A stretch of 64,000 nt of DNA from contig JBHGNT010000016.1 in NCBI GenBank assembly GCA_043228905.1, forward strand, positions 1,550,001 to 1,614,000, given 5' to 3'. The DNA comes from Azolla caroliniana (Eukaryota > Plantae > Polypodiophyta). Position numbers and translations under genes: made by a program. This document shows, in pieces, positions 25,277 to 35,500 of this stretch. The number at the start of each line of letters is the position of its first letter. The stretch's first letter is position 1. The notes under the pieces were generated by a model, which saw only the letters and a program-made list of their open reading frames with translations, did not search any database and was not told where the DNA came from.

Positions 25277-26782
25277 TGTCGTGAAAATATGATGAGGATA
25301 TGTGAACTTTGAGGCAGGACCCCGGGGCCTCTGATCGGAAGATATCAGATTCGTATGATTATATTAAACAATTAATACAAAATGATAAAGATTCACGAAT
25401 TTCATTAATAAAGGGAAAGAAAGATTACAATTTATCCCAATATTGGGATTACAAAAAATTTGCTAATGGAGATGACTAGAGTAATAGATTAGAAGAAATG
25501 AAATATAGATTTAATTAGAATATTAGGGTTTTTAGCTTCAATTCGAAAATTAGGTTTTTGAGTTATATGGCTTTGATTAGGAAACTAGGGTTTATGACTT
25601 TCGTAAGGAAATTTAGGGTTCTTGGCTTTGATAAGATAAGAGAGCTCCGAAAGAAAAGGAAAAAAATTAAGATAATATGGAAAGTCCTCTAGTGTAGGAA
25701 AAAAAATGGAATATATATGGAGTTCTCCCTTGATCATAGCCTTTCCACTTTTTGTTGCATGGCCTCTACTTTTAGTTGCTTAGCTTTTTCTTTTAGTTGC
25801 ATCTATTTTTAGTTGCATGGCTTTTTCGTTTAGTTGCATGTGACCGTCCACATGACCTTTAGTTTTTGCATACACTCCAACTTTAGTTGCTTGCGTCCAC
25901 ATGGCCTTTACTTTAGTTCTCTTCACTTTACTTTAGTTTGTCGCATGATCCAATCTTTCGTCCATCCGCGTCCAACCTTGTCCGGTAGCCGGTTCCGCCC
26001 GATCGCCGAATCCCTCGCTGGCCGGTTCCATTTTGCTTGCCGGTTGCGGTTCTGGTTTTGCTTACCGGCCAGTTTCCGATTTTGCTTGCCGGACGGTTCC
26101 GGTTCTGGTTTTACTTGCCAGCTGATTCCAGTTCCGGTTTGCTCACCGGTTCCAATTCCGGTTTTGCTTACCGGCCGGTTCCAATTTGCTTGCCGGTTCC
26201 GTTTCCGGTTTGCTTGCCAGTTCCGGTTCTGGTTTTGCTTACCGGATCGATTTCTGGATTTGCTTGCCGATTCCGGTTCCGGTTTTGCTTACCAGCCAGT
26301 TTCTGATTTGCATACCGGCCGGTTTCCAAATTTGCTTACCGGACCGATTTCCGAATTTGCTTACCGGCCGATGTCCGGTTTTAGGGAATTTGGCCACCAT
26401 TATCCATTAAGACAAAATGGTCAAAGTGCTCTTTGAACAAATGAAAAAAACGAGGGAGCTCAAGGTGGTTATATAATCAGGGCCTTAACTTTCCTATCTA
26501 TGTGGGATAGTTCTAATTTCTCTATCTTCTCAAACTTTATTTTCACATAACTTGATATATATTTCTTCATTTTGTATATAGTAAAAACGTTTTGAAGCTC
26601 TTGAGTACATTCATCTTTCTATAGTAAGCTACTAATCTAATCTATAATAATTATTTCATTATTTTTTAATATAGTGTGTGAAGATTCACACGATAGCGGT
26701 CAACTAATGTTATGCTCATAAAATGATGTGGTGTTTTGGAGTTTTTTTTGTTGTTTCCTTTACACATGTTTTCTTTTCGACA
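25277..26782 (-). mobile_element. Second, diverged solo LTR related to 22814-23949, inverted, in the LINE 3' UTR
   Basis: Termini TGTCGTGAAAAT...TTTTCGACA. The reverse complement of 26470-26690 aligns with 22868-23105 (tcttcacaca, tcaagagcttc, tcaagttatg, gtttgagaaga, tatcccacatagatagga). Flanks tgcgg/tgcaa are a degenerate 5-bp TSD. Confidence 0.72.
26020..26382. repeat. Degenerate tandem array (ccggttcc..ttttgctt units) inside the LTR
   Basis: Units like ttttgcttaccggccggttcc repeat many times and generate the spurious low-complexity ORFs at 25834-26436. Confidence 0.85.
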
Positions 26783-28522
26783 TGCAAGTTGGCCTGTAAG
26801 ATATGAGTTGTATATTATCCTATGTACATTGTCTTAACTAATGGAAGTAGTTTTTTTTTGGGAAAAAGAAGAAGTTAAAACATCAAAATAATTTAGGGAA
26901 TCAAAATATGTAAGCAGGTTAATAAATATGCTAACTATGTGGAGTCCATCAGTCCAACGTACATGTCACACCTAGAAAATGCAGGTTTACATCTCCTCTA
27001 GTGAAAAGAAAGATAAACTAAACAAATAATTTGGATTAATTTTTCATATTGACATGATGTGAATGTCCTCCTATTGTACATGGCATTATTCAAATGCCCT
27101 TTCTTTCCATGAAAATGATATTCTCTTCTAATTCCTTATAGAACATCATTAGTCTAATTGAAAAACTATTTTGGGCAACTAAATTTAAATCTCGATTGAT
27201 CTTTCATTCCACTCTCATATTTAAGTTGATATTGTCAATGACATCCTCTACCATATTTGGTTTTATATCGTGCTATAGACATTGAAGGATTTTGAAATTA
27301 TGCTAAAGGCTAATGTAGTAATGATGTGTTCTTTATTGGAGTAACTTCAAAATAAGGCATTGTTGGCTTTCTTCCAAGCCCTTGCCTATGTCTAGAGTCT
27401 AGACTCTAATTCATAAGGCCTATAATTGAAAGCTTTGCATTCAAATTCAGTATCATCATTATTTTACATGCAAAATAAATGTTCTCAATCAAAATGATAC
27501 CTATAAGTTATACACGTCATGATTGCACTCTTTGTCCTTGGTCTTATGCAAGAGATGAATTTGATGGTCTTTAATTTAGATTAAAAAAGGGATCTAGGGC
27601 ATAGGAAAGTAAATATACATGCTCATCACATGCTAAATATAATGCCTTTGGCAAGACAGCAATTAGGTAGCCTTTATGTAAGAAAATTCAAATGGTCATT
27701 TGTTAAAGAAATTGTAGTCTTAATAGAGGAACTCAAAGGTTATAATTAGCATCTTGAAGATCATACTTCCTAGTCACATAAAGTCTTTCATAGGCGCTAC
27801 ATGTTGATGGAATAATATTACTAAGAGAAATTACAATGAGCACAACTTGGTTAATGGTGATACAAGAAGAGTCCATCTCCACTATGACATCGACTTCATG
27901 GTATTATAGGTTGGTCAAAATATGGATAGTTCTAGGTGTGTTTAGAGTGTCAAAAGATGGAGGTGCCTTCGAAGTGCTAGTGGCACACTAACCAAAGGTG
28001 TATTGAGGTTCCAATCTTGGGTGGGTCGTCTTCCTCATTTGAACTTAGGTGAATTCACAATTCTACTTTGAGATTGATGCGCGTCTCATTGAAGGTTTTG
28101 ATAAGCATCTAAATTTCACCTAAACTAATCGTTGACAAATTTATGTTCCCATCATTTATCTTTGATCACATCTTGGCACTTCATCGATATCCAATAAGTA
28201 TACAATCAAATCAACCACTTGACGATTAACATGGTCAACTAGAGAAGATACAACATACAATCCAATAGCTTCAATGCCCCAACCACGTGAACGTCTCATC
28301 CAACCTAGAGGATGGATATAGTGAAGGTTTTTCAAGCATGATTTCTTCCACATCGCCAATATACCTCATAGTCATTTCCCCCAACCCTGTTTTTACTCCC
28401 TCTCTTTCACCTCACTCCCACACCACACAACCATAATAGCCACCATCTACACCTTTGCACTTCTTACTACTACATCTCACCCAATTCATAGCTAGAGTTG
28501 TGATTTCTCTCTTATACATGAC

Positions 28523-29178
28523 TGATGAGAATCTACGCTCCGATTCGCCTTCACCGTTCGGCCACAACCGAGAAATCACGAATCAATGCAGCAGAAAATA
28601 GGAAACACAGAGAAAGACACGATAACACCGTGATTAACGTGGAAAACCCTAAACGAAAAAAAACCACGGGAGTTCAAGACTCCAAACCAACACTATACAG
28701 AGAAGTATACAATGGCGAGCTGCAAGGCGACGACCTTGAGCTCGTTGTCCTCGCCACAGACGGCGGTAATACACAGAGGCAACGACCTCCTCGTTTCTCT
28801 CTCTCTCTCTCTCTCGGCTGCTCTCTCTTCACTCCTCTTGAGTGGAAAAACAGAAAAATGAGTAGCAAACTTTTCAGCAGCATGAAACTGTTTGCCCTAA
28901 GTCATATTTATACACATATGACTTTCGGGCTATTTACAAATATAGCCTCAAGGGCTCTTGGCAAACATATTCACAAATATGTCCCCGCATCCGGATCTCT
29001 CTCCGGGTACACTCATCATCCGGCTCCGTAGCCGGGGTCTTCATCATCCGGCTCCGTAGCCGGGTCTTCATCATCCGGCTCCGTAACCGGGTCTTCGTCA
29101 TCCGGCTCCGTAATCGCAACCGGGCTTGCCGTCATTCATCTCCGGACATCCCATCCGGAGGGACCGTAAATCCCAACA
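28523..29178 (-). repeat. 3' LTR of the copia element (656 bp)
   Basis: TGTTGGGA...CTCATCA on the minus strand. Contains four ~27-bp tandem units tcatcatccggctccgtagccgggtct. Confidence 0.97.
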
Positions 29179-29180
29179 AA

Positions 29181-29194
29181 CTCCCCCTTCACTT
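29181..29194 (-). promoter_or_regulatory. Polypurine tract (PPT)
   Basis: AAGTGAAGGGGGAG immediately before the 3' LTR, overlapping the pol stop codon. Confidence 0.9.
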
Positions 29195-32100
29195 CGGCAT
29201 GGGATGTCTCTCCAATCCGATCCTCTTCCGGCATGCTTCCAGCTTGTCGGGTGTGAGCACTTTGGTCAGCATATCTGAGCCGTTTTCGTCCGTGTGGATC
29301 TTCGTCAGCACGAACTCCTGGTCTTCTATCCTTTCCCGGATCCAGTGATATCTTCGCTGGATGTGCTTCGTCCGGGAGTGATAGGCCGCGTTCTTCGCAA
29401 GGTGGATGGCACTCTGACTATCGCAGTAGAGTCGGTACTCCTCCTGCCGGATACCGAGCTCTCTAATGAAGTCCTTCATCCATATTATTTCCTTGCCGGC
29501 TTCAACAGCCGCCATGTACTCCGCCTCCGTGGTTGACAACGCAACCGTCTTCTGCAGCCTCGACTGCCACGAAACAGCTCCCCCTGCATACGTCATCACA
29601 TACCCTGATGTGGACCGGCTGGTATCTGCATCAGCCGACATATCCGAATCGGTGAAGCCGTCGAGTTCGGGCTTACCGGAGCCGAATCGGAGGCACACGT
29701 TTGCCGTGCCCTTCAGGTATCGGAGTATCCACTTGACCGCGTTCCAGTGCTCTTTTCCGGGATTGCTCATGTACCGGCTCACCACTCCGACTGCATATCC
29801 TATGTCCGGTCTTGTACACACCATTGCGTACATCAAGCTTCCGACGGCAGAGGCATATGGTACCTTCATCATGTCCTCCTTCTCAGCCTTTGTCTTGGGG
29901 CTTTGCTTCCTGGACAGCTTGCAGTTTGCCGGGAGGGTCGATCCGACCGGTCTTGCTTCCGACATGTTGAACCGTTGAAGCACCTTTGTCACGTACTTCT
30001 CCTGTGACAGCCACAACTGCTTCTTCTTCCGGTCCCGGATGATGTGCATCCCCAGTATTTGCCTCGCCGGACCCAGGTCCTTCATTGAGAAGGTTCGGTG
30101 AAGAGCCTTCTTCAGCATCCGTATCTTGCCCTGGTCCCGTCCGACGATCAACATGTCGTCCACGTACAGGAGGAGTATTAGAAAGTCTCCTCCCTCGAAC
30201 TTCTTCACAAACACGCAGTGATCAGTCTGCGTTTTGTGGTACCCTTCGTCTGTCATGAAGGAGTCGAACTTCCGGTACCATTGCCGGGGAGCCTGCTTCA
30301 GACCGTAGAGGCTCTTCTTCAACCGGCATACCAGGTGCTCCTTTCCTTTCTTCTCGAATCCTTCCGGTTGCTGCATGTAGATCTCTTCTTCGAGGTCACC
30401 GTGAAGGAATGCCGTCTTCACGTCCATCTGTTCTACCTCGAGGTCCATGCTTGCCGCTATGCTCAGCACCGTCCGGATGGAGGTCATCTTCACTACCGGG
30501 GCAAATATCTCGTCGAAGTCGACGCCCTTCTTCTGCTGGAACCCCTTCACCACGATCCTGGCTTTGTATCTCGGGGGGTTTCCAGCATCTCCCGGTTTCA
30601 GCTTGAACACCCACTTGTTTCGAAGTGCCCGCTTTCCTTTCGGCAACTCCACAAGTTCATATGTGTGGTTCTCATGCAGGGAATCCATCTCGTCCTGCAT
30701 GGCACTCAACCACCTGCGGCTCTGGGTGTCATGCTTCGCTTCTTCAAAGCTCTCCGGCTCCCCCTCGTCGGTTAGCAGCACGTGCTCTGGTTCCGGAAAT
30801 CTCCGGGGGGCCCTTCTCTCTCTTAGAGGATATCTCCGTTCCGGAGCTTCGGTAACCGGTTCTTCCGATTCTTCTTCATCCGAATCCATTTCGGGATCGG
30901 GGCCGGTTCCGGTATCATTTTCATCTTCTTCGGCCGGTTCTGTTTCTTCACCGTCTTCGGCCGGATCCTCGAGTGCTAACCGGTCTCTTGCCGGTCGGGA
31001 CTGCTCCTTGTAGAGTTGATCCTCACCGGTCGACTTGGAGCTCTTCATCTTCTTCTCCGACTCCCAGTCGGCGAGTGTCTTGTCCTCCATGAAGATGATA
31101 TCTCGACTCCTGAATATCTTCTTGTCGACCGGGTCCCATACTCGGTAGCCGAACTCGTCGTCGCCGTAACCGAGGAATATGCATGGCCGGGTCTTTGGAT
31201 CTAGCTTTCCTCTCCGGTCCTTTGCCACATGCACGTATGCGAGACACCCGAACACCTTCAGGTGCCGGTAGGACACTTCCTTACCGGTCCACACTCTCTG
31301 CGGCGTGTCTCCGTCCAAAGGTACTGAGGGTGATCTGTTTATCACGTATGTCGCCGTTGACATCGCCTCAGCCCAAAACCCCTTGGGTAATTTCGCATGC
31401 GCCAGCATACTCCGGACCCTCTCCATTATGGTCCGGTTCATCCTCTCGGCCAGCCCGTTCAGTTCCGGCGTCTTCGGCACAGTAAACTCGAGCCGGATTC
31501 CCATCGAACGGCAATACTCCTCAAATTGCCCTCGGTATTCTCCTCCGTTATCCGCTCGTATCGCTTTCAGCTTCTTGCCGGATTCTCTTTCCACTCTCGC
31601 GTGGAGTTCTTTGAAGACGGACAATACTTGGTCCTTTGTCTTCAACGGTGCCGTCCACAGCTTCCGGCTGTGATCATCTATGAATGTTACGAAGTACTGG
31701 GCTCCGCCATGTGACTTCGTTTCTACCTGACACACATCAGTGTGCACCAACTCCAATGGTGCGCTACGTCTCGTCGGTGGCCTTGAGTGGAAGGAGGCTC
31801 GGTTCTGCTTACCGGCCAGGCAATCGGTGCACTTCTCCAGACGCACATGCTTCACTGGAATGAGGTTGTCTTCTGCAAGCCTCTTCATCCCCTTCTCACT
31901 CATGTGGCACAGTCTCTTGTGCCATAGCTCACCGGCAGTGTCAGCTGCCACGTTCAGCTCCTCCGGACATAGCCGGGAATTCATCAGGTACAGTGTGTTG
32001 ATCTTCCGGGCCCGAGCCACTATCAGGCTCCCTTTGCTGAACTTCATGACACCGTTCCGGATGCTACCCGTGTAGCCTTCATCGTCTAGCCTCCCGGCCG

Positions 32101-32704
32101 AAATCAGGTTCAATCGAACCTCCGGAACGTGTCGAACATCCTTCAGCAGCATCTTGCATCCGGTTGATGTCATCAGCCACACGTCTCCTATGCCGGCAAT
32201 CCGGCATGTACCTTCATTTCCCATCCGGACACAGCCGTGCTCACCGGCTATGTAGGATGAGAAGTATTTCTTCTCCGGGGTCAGGTGGAACGACGCTCCG
32301 GAATCGACCACCCAGGTCGTCTCTTCACCGGCAAGGTTTAGCTCCCTCTCTTCGGTAATGAGCATTATCTCTTCTTCACTTGCCGCGAGTGCCGTCGTTC
32401 CTTTCCGGTCCTGCCCTCGCCGATCCGGACCTCTCCGGTCCGTGGCTCCCCGGTATGCACCGTTTCTCTCCGGTGACTTCTTCGAATCGGTGTCGTCGGC
32501 TCCGTTGTCTTTTCGGTAATGCCGACAATTCTTCCGGAAGTGCCCCGGCTTCCCACAGTGGAAGCATGTGGGCCTTCCTCTTGACTGCGACCGGGTCCCC
32601 GACTTCTCCCGTCTTTGCGGACTCCGGTTCCATTGTCTTCCCCGATCCGATTCGGTAAGCAGCGCTTTCGGGTCGGAGGCCGGTTCTTTATCTCTCCGAC
32701 GCGC
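29189..32704 (-). CDS. Copia polyprotein, part downstream of the premature stop (Zn knuckle, protease, GAG-pre-integrase, integrase, RT, RNase H)
   Basis: Motifs CFHCGKPGHFRKNC, WVVDSGASFH, LWHKRLCHMS, LVHTDVC/FIDDHSR/IRADNGGEY/NGLAERMNR, YKARIVVKGFQQ, QMDVKTAFLHG, LLLYVDDMLI and FTDSD..ALSTTEAEY. The frame is open. Confidence 0.95.
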   Translation of the reverse strand, partial: ARRRDKEPASDPKALLTESDRGRQWNRSPQRREKSGTRSQSRGRPTCFHCGKPGHFRKNCRHYRKDNGADDTDSKKSPERNGAYRGATDRRGPDRRGQDRKGTTALAASEEEIMLITEERELNLAGEETTWVVDSGASFHLTPEKKYFSSYIAGEHGCVRMGNEGTCRIAGIGDVWLMTSTGCKMLLKDVRHVPEVRLNLISAGRLDDEGYTGSIRNGVMKFSKGSLIVARARKINTLYLMNSRLCPEELNVAADTAGELWHKRLCHMSEKGMKRLAEDNLIPVKHVRLEKCTDCLAGKQNRASFHSRPPTRRSAPLELVHTDVCQVETKSHGGAQYFVTFIDDHSRKLWTAPLKTKDQVLSVFKELHARVERESGKKLKAIRADNGGEYRGQFEEYCRSMGIRLEFTVPKTPELNGLAERMNRTIMERVRSMLAHAKLPKGFWAEAMSTATYVINRSPSVPLDGDTPQRVWTGKEVSYRHLKVFGCLAYVHVAKDRRGKLDPKTRPCIFLGYGDDEFGYRVWDPVDKKIFRSRDIIFMEDKTLADWESEKKMKSSKSTGEDQLYKEQSRPARDRLALEDPAEDGEETEPAEEDENDTGTGPDPEMDSDEEESEEPVTEAPERRYPLRERRAPRRFPEPEHVLLTDEGEPESFEEAKHDTQSRRWLSAMQDEMDSLHENHTYELVELPKGKRALRNKWVFKLKPGDAGNPPRYKARIVVKGFQQKKGVDFDEIFAPVVKMTSIRTVLSIAASMDLEVEQMDVKTAFLHGDLEEEIYMQQPEGFEKKGKEHLVCRLKKSLYGLKQAPRQWYRKFDSFMTDEGYHKTQTDHCVFVKKFEGGDFLILLLYVDDMLIVGRDQGKIRMLKKALHRTFSMKDLGPARQILGMHIIRDRKKKQLWLSQEKYVTKVLQRFNMSEARPVGSTLPANCKLSRKQSPKTKAEKEDMMKVPYASAVGSLMYAMVCTRPDIGYAVGVVSRYMSNPGKEHWNAVKWILRYLKGTANVCLRFGSGKPELDGFTDSDMSADADTSRSTSGYVMTYAGGAVSWQSRLQKTVALSTTEAEYMAAVEAGKEIIWMKDFIRELGIRQEEYRLYCDSQSAIHLAKNAAYHSRTKHIQRRYHWIRERIEDQEFVLTKIHTDENGSDMLTKVLTPDKLEACRKRIGLERHPMPK

Positions 32705-33262
32705 TTATTCGTTCAAAATACTTGTCTTTACCGTTTGTAGAGACAAGTTATCTTCGGTGCAGGAGGTGCTGAGAGTCACCACCAAGTTCTCCCAGCTTTC
32801 CGGCAATGTACACATCAAGATGATGGCTTGCATTGCATCCTCCAACGGGAACTTGATTGCCGCAAGCTGGTTCACGAATCCCATGAACGTGCTTACGTGT
32901 TCCACCATGCTCTCGCCGTCCCGGTACTTGAGGTTCACTATCTTCCTCATCAGGGAGGTCCGGTTCAACGCATTCTTCCTCTCGTAGAGACCCGACAGCT
33001 TCCGCCACATCTCGTATGCGTTGGTGTCGTTCGCCACATGTTGTAGAACGCTCACGTCTACGTATTGCCGAATGGTTGCAACGGCTTTCCGGTTCAGAAG
33101 CCTCCATTCCGTCTCAAGTACCCCCTTCGGTATTTCCGACCTGTCAATCGGTTCGTACAGGTCCCGAACAATCAGAAGATCCTCCATCTTGATCTTCCAG
33201 TCGGCGTAGTTCTGCGCATTCAGCACCATCATCCCCGGCTGCCCGCTGCTGCCGCCTTCCAT
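32705..33262 (-). CDS. Copia Gag N-terminal part, ending at an in-frame TAA
   Basis: ATG at 33262 just after the PBS; NYADWKIKMEDLL..DLYEPI..KAVATIR..LPESWENL..SILNE*. In frame with the downstream pol ORF. Confidence 0.9.
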   Translation of the reverse strand: MEGGSSGQPGMMVLNAQNYADWKIKMEDLLIVRDLYEPIDRSEIPKGVLETEWRLLNRKAVATIRQYVDVSVLQHVANDTNAYEMWRKLSGLYERKNALNRTSLMRKIVNLKYRDGESMVEHVSTFMGFVNQLAAIKFPLEDAMQAIILMCTLPESWENLVVTLSTSCTEDNLSLQTVKTSILNE

Positions 33263-33278
33263 TTTCTGCACTGCCGTC

Positions 33279-33290
33279 GCTCTGATACCA
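33279..33290 (-). promoter_or_regulatory. Primer binding site (initiator tRNA-Met)
   Basis: TGGTATCAGAGC 3 nt downstream of the 5' LTR. Confidence 0.95.
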
Positions 33291-33293
33291 CTT

Positions 33294-33948
33294 TGATGAG
33301 AATCTACGCTCCGATTCGCCTTCACCGTTCGGCCACAACCGAGAAATCACGAATCAATGCAGCAGAAAATAGGAAACACAGAGAAAGACACGATAACACC
33401 GTGATTAACGTGGAAAACCCTAAACGAAAAAAAACCACGAGAGTTCAAGACTCCAAACCAACACTATACAGAGAAGTATAAATGGCGAGCTGCAAGGCGA
33501 CGACCTTGAGCTCGCTGTCCTCGCCACAGACGGCGGTAATACACAGAGGCAACGACCTCCTCGTTTCTCTCTCTCTCTCTCTCTCGGCTGCTCTCTCTTC
33601 ACTCCTCTTGAGTGGAAAAACAGAAAAATGAGTAGCAAACTTTTCAGCAGCATGAAACTGTTTGCCCTAAGTCATATTTATACACATATGACTTTCGGGC
33701 TATTTACAAATATAGCCTCAAGGGCTCTTGGCAAACATATTCACAAATATGTCCCCGCATCCGGATCTCTCTCCGGGTACACTCATCATCCGGCTCCGTA
33801 GCCGGGGTCTTCATCATCCGGCTCCGTAGCCGGGTCTTCATCATCCGGCTCCGTAACCGGGTCTTCGTCATCCGGCTCCGTAATCGCAACCGGGCTTGCC
33901 GTCATTCATCTCCGGACATCCCATCCGGAGGGACCGTAAATCCCAACA
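33294..33948 (-). repeat. 5' LTR of the copia element (655 bp)
   Basis: By eye it matches 28523-29178 except for two substitutions and a 1-nt indel. Confidence 0.97.
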
Positions 33949-34379
33949 ATGACTTAATCTAAGGGAGTGGGTTGTCACCAAAGGGGGGTAATCCTCCAAG
34001 CCTAAGGTAAAGAGCTCTCTATCTTGTTTTTTTTTCCAAAAAAAATATCCTCCATTGGTAGTAAAATTAAAGTAAACAATATACATATATTGTCTTGCAT
34101 ATATTAAAATTAAGGTAAAAAGCTCTCTATCTTGTTTGTTCCCATAAATTCATAACAATTACTTTAGGAATGACAACCATTGATCTCACCCAATAGTTGG
34201 TTGACCAACTAACACAAATTTTGTGGAAAGGGCCACCATAATTCATTAACTCTAAGTGTTGCATTTCCAAGGGTCACTACCAAGTCCCATGGGGTTGCCT
34301 TCCTCATGGTTGGCTAATGAATGTATTAGAGATGATACTCACGAATGGCAAAGACTATGTCATTTTTCCAGACATAAAG

Positions 34380-34489
34380 ACACTTACCTCTTCGTTCCAT
34401 GCAACAATGATAGCCACACTTACCTCTTCGTTCCATGCAACAATGATAGCCACACTTACCTCTTCGTTCCATGCAACAATGATAGCCAC
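34380..34489. repeat. Perfect 36-bp tandem repeat x3
   Basis: acacttacctcttcgttccatgcaacaatgatagcc, three head-to-tail copies with no spacers. Confidence 0.95.
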
Positions 34490-35247
34490 GAAGGCTTCTT
34501 ATGTTAAGTTAAATTCATACACCTCATCATTATACCAATAAAAACTATGTTTCTATTAATTAAATAGATGATTACTAGATAGGAAACATATGAATCTTGC
34601 AATTAAATAGATAATTAGTAATGAAAAAACATATAGAGCTCGATTAACTAGTATGGAAATCCAACATAGAATAAAGTGGCTCTTAGTGGATGCAAAAAGG
34701 AGAGCATGAGGACTCAAGCTAAACCCAAAGTTAGGCACCAAGAATCTTTTTTTATGTGATAGTTATGGTCCCTTGGCTATTAGTCTTTCTTACCTATGAC
34801 GGATATTTCTCCAAAAAAAGACAAATGATCATGTCTCTTATCTACAATCGGCTAATAACCAATATTCTATATTGGAAACGTTAAGTCTATTATAACATTT
34901 ATTAAAACTAAAGACTATTATATTATTTCCCTTAACATGGGCCAAACAGAAAAAAGCAATGGTCAATATGTTGCAAATGCAAGAATGAATTAGATCACCT
35001 CCATGAAGAGTTGAAGAAAGGAAGTTAGACAACCCACACAATGGACTCAATAAAGCATGTCCATTGGCCACTACCACTATCTACCTCTCTCTTGGTCAAC
35101 ACTATAACAACCGGCCATGACAAACAACATCATTGCCACCATCTTCATCGTTGCCATTATCCTCACCATGGAGTTACAACTACCATCACTCATTCATCAT
35201 GTTGTCCAAGAGACTTGTGCTTATCAAGGCTCCCATAAAGGATTTTT

Positions 35248-35500
35248 GCAACCTCTAATGGTAAATTGAGGACAAGACCAAGGTTGGCAAAATTTTGAGC
35301 CCATGTCAATGAATTCCATCACAAAACAAAGATGAGGTGCTCAGGACAATGAATGCAACCTCCACCAAAGTAAAACTACAACAAACTTTAATGGTAAATT
35401 GAGGACAAGACCATGATTGGCAAAAATCCAACCCCACATCATTGAATTCCAACAAAAATAACAAGGATGAGGTGCTGAAGGCAATGAATTCAACCTCTGC
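35248..35500. repeat. Diverged tandem duplication (~130 bp x2)
   Basis: taatggtaaattgaggacaagacca...ttggcaaaat...gatgaggtgct...aatgaat.caacctc appears twice. Confidence 0.75.

Larger units (their letters stand above)
21245..26870 (+). mobile_element. Degenerate, 5'-truncated L1-type LINE (RT and zf-RVT), interrupted by two solo LTRs
   Basis: Motifs DGLPKAFF, LIYLIPK, WRPITNLN, LDFEKAYDRVQW, SIRQGCPLAPFLF, FADDT, VSWSTLVLPKSKGGLGL and KIWNSSLPKRVKVFLWL..CKAC, with many stops. The 3' tail ctaatggaagtagtttttttttttgggaaaaa is at ~26838-26868. Confidence 0.9.
28523..33948 (-). mobile_element. Full-length, very recent Ty1/copia LTR retrotransposon (Tnt1/Tork-like), 5426 bp
   Basis: Near-identical TG...CA LTRs at 28523-29178 and 33294-33948, perfect 5-bp TSD ATGAC on both sides, PBS, PPT, and copia domain order gag-PR-INT-RT-RH. 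Confidence 0.98.

Noticed and set aside
25834-26436. 200-aa ORF and overlapping ORFs
   Set aside because: They are by-products of a stop-free tandem array inside an LTR.
29294-33481. Many + strand and alternate-frame ORFs within the copia element and its LTRs
   Set aside because: They are shadow ORFs of a GC-rich coding sequence, with no recognisable domains.
34380-34489. 36-bp repeats as a CRISPR array
   Set aside because: The units are head-to-tail with no spacers, there are no cas genes, and the context is eukaryotic.
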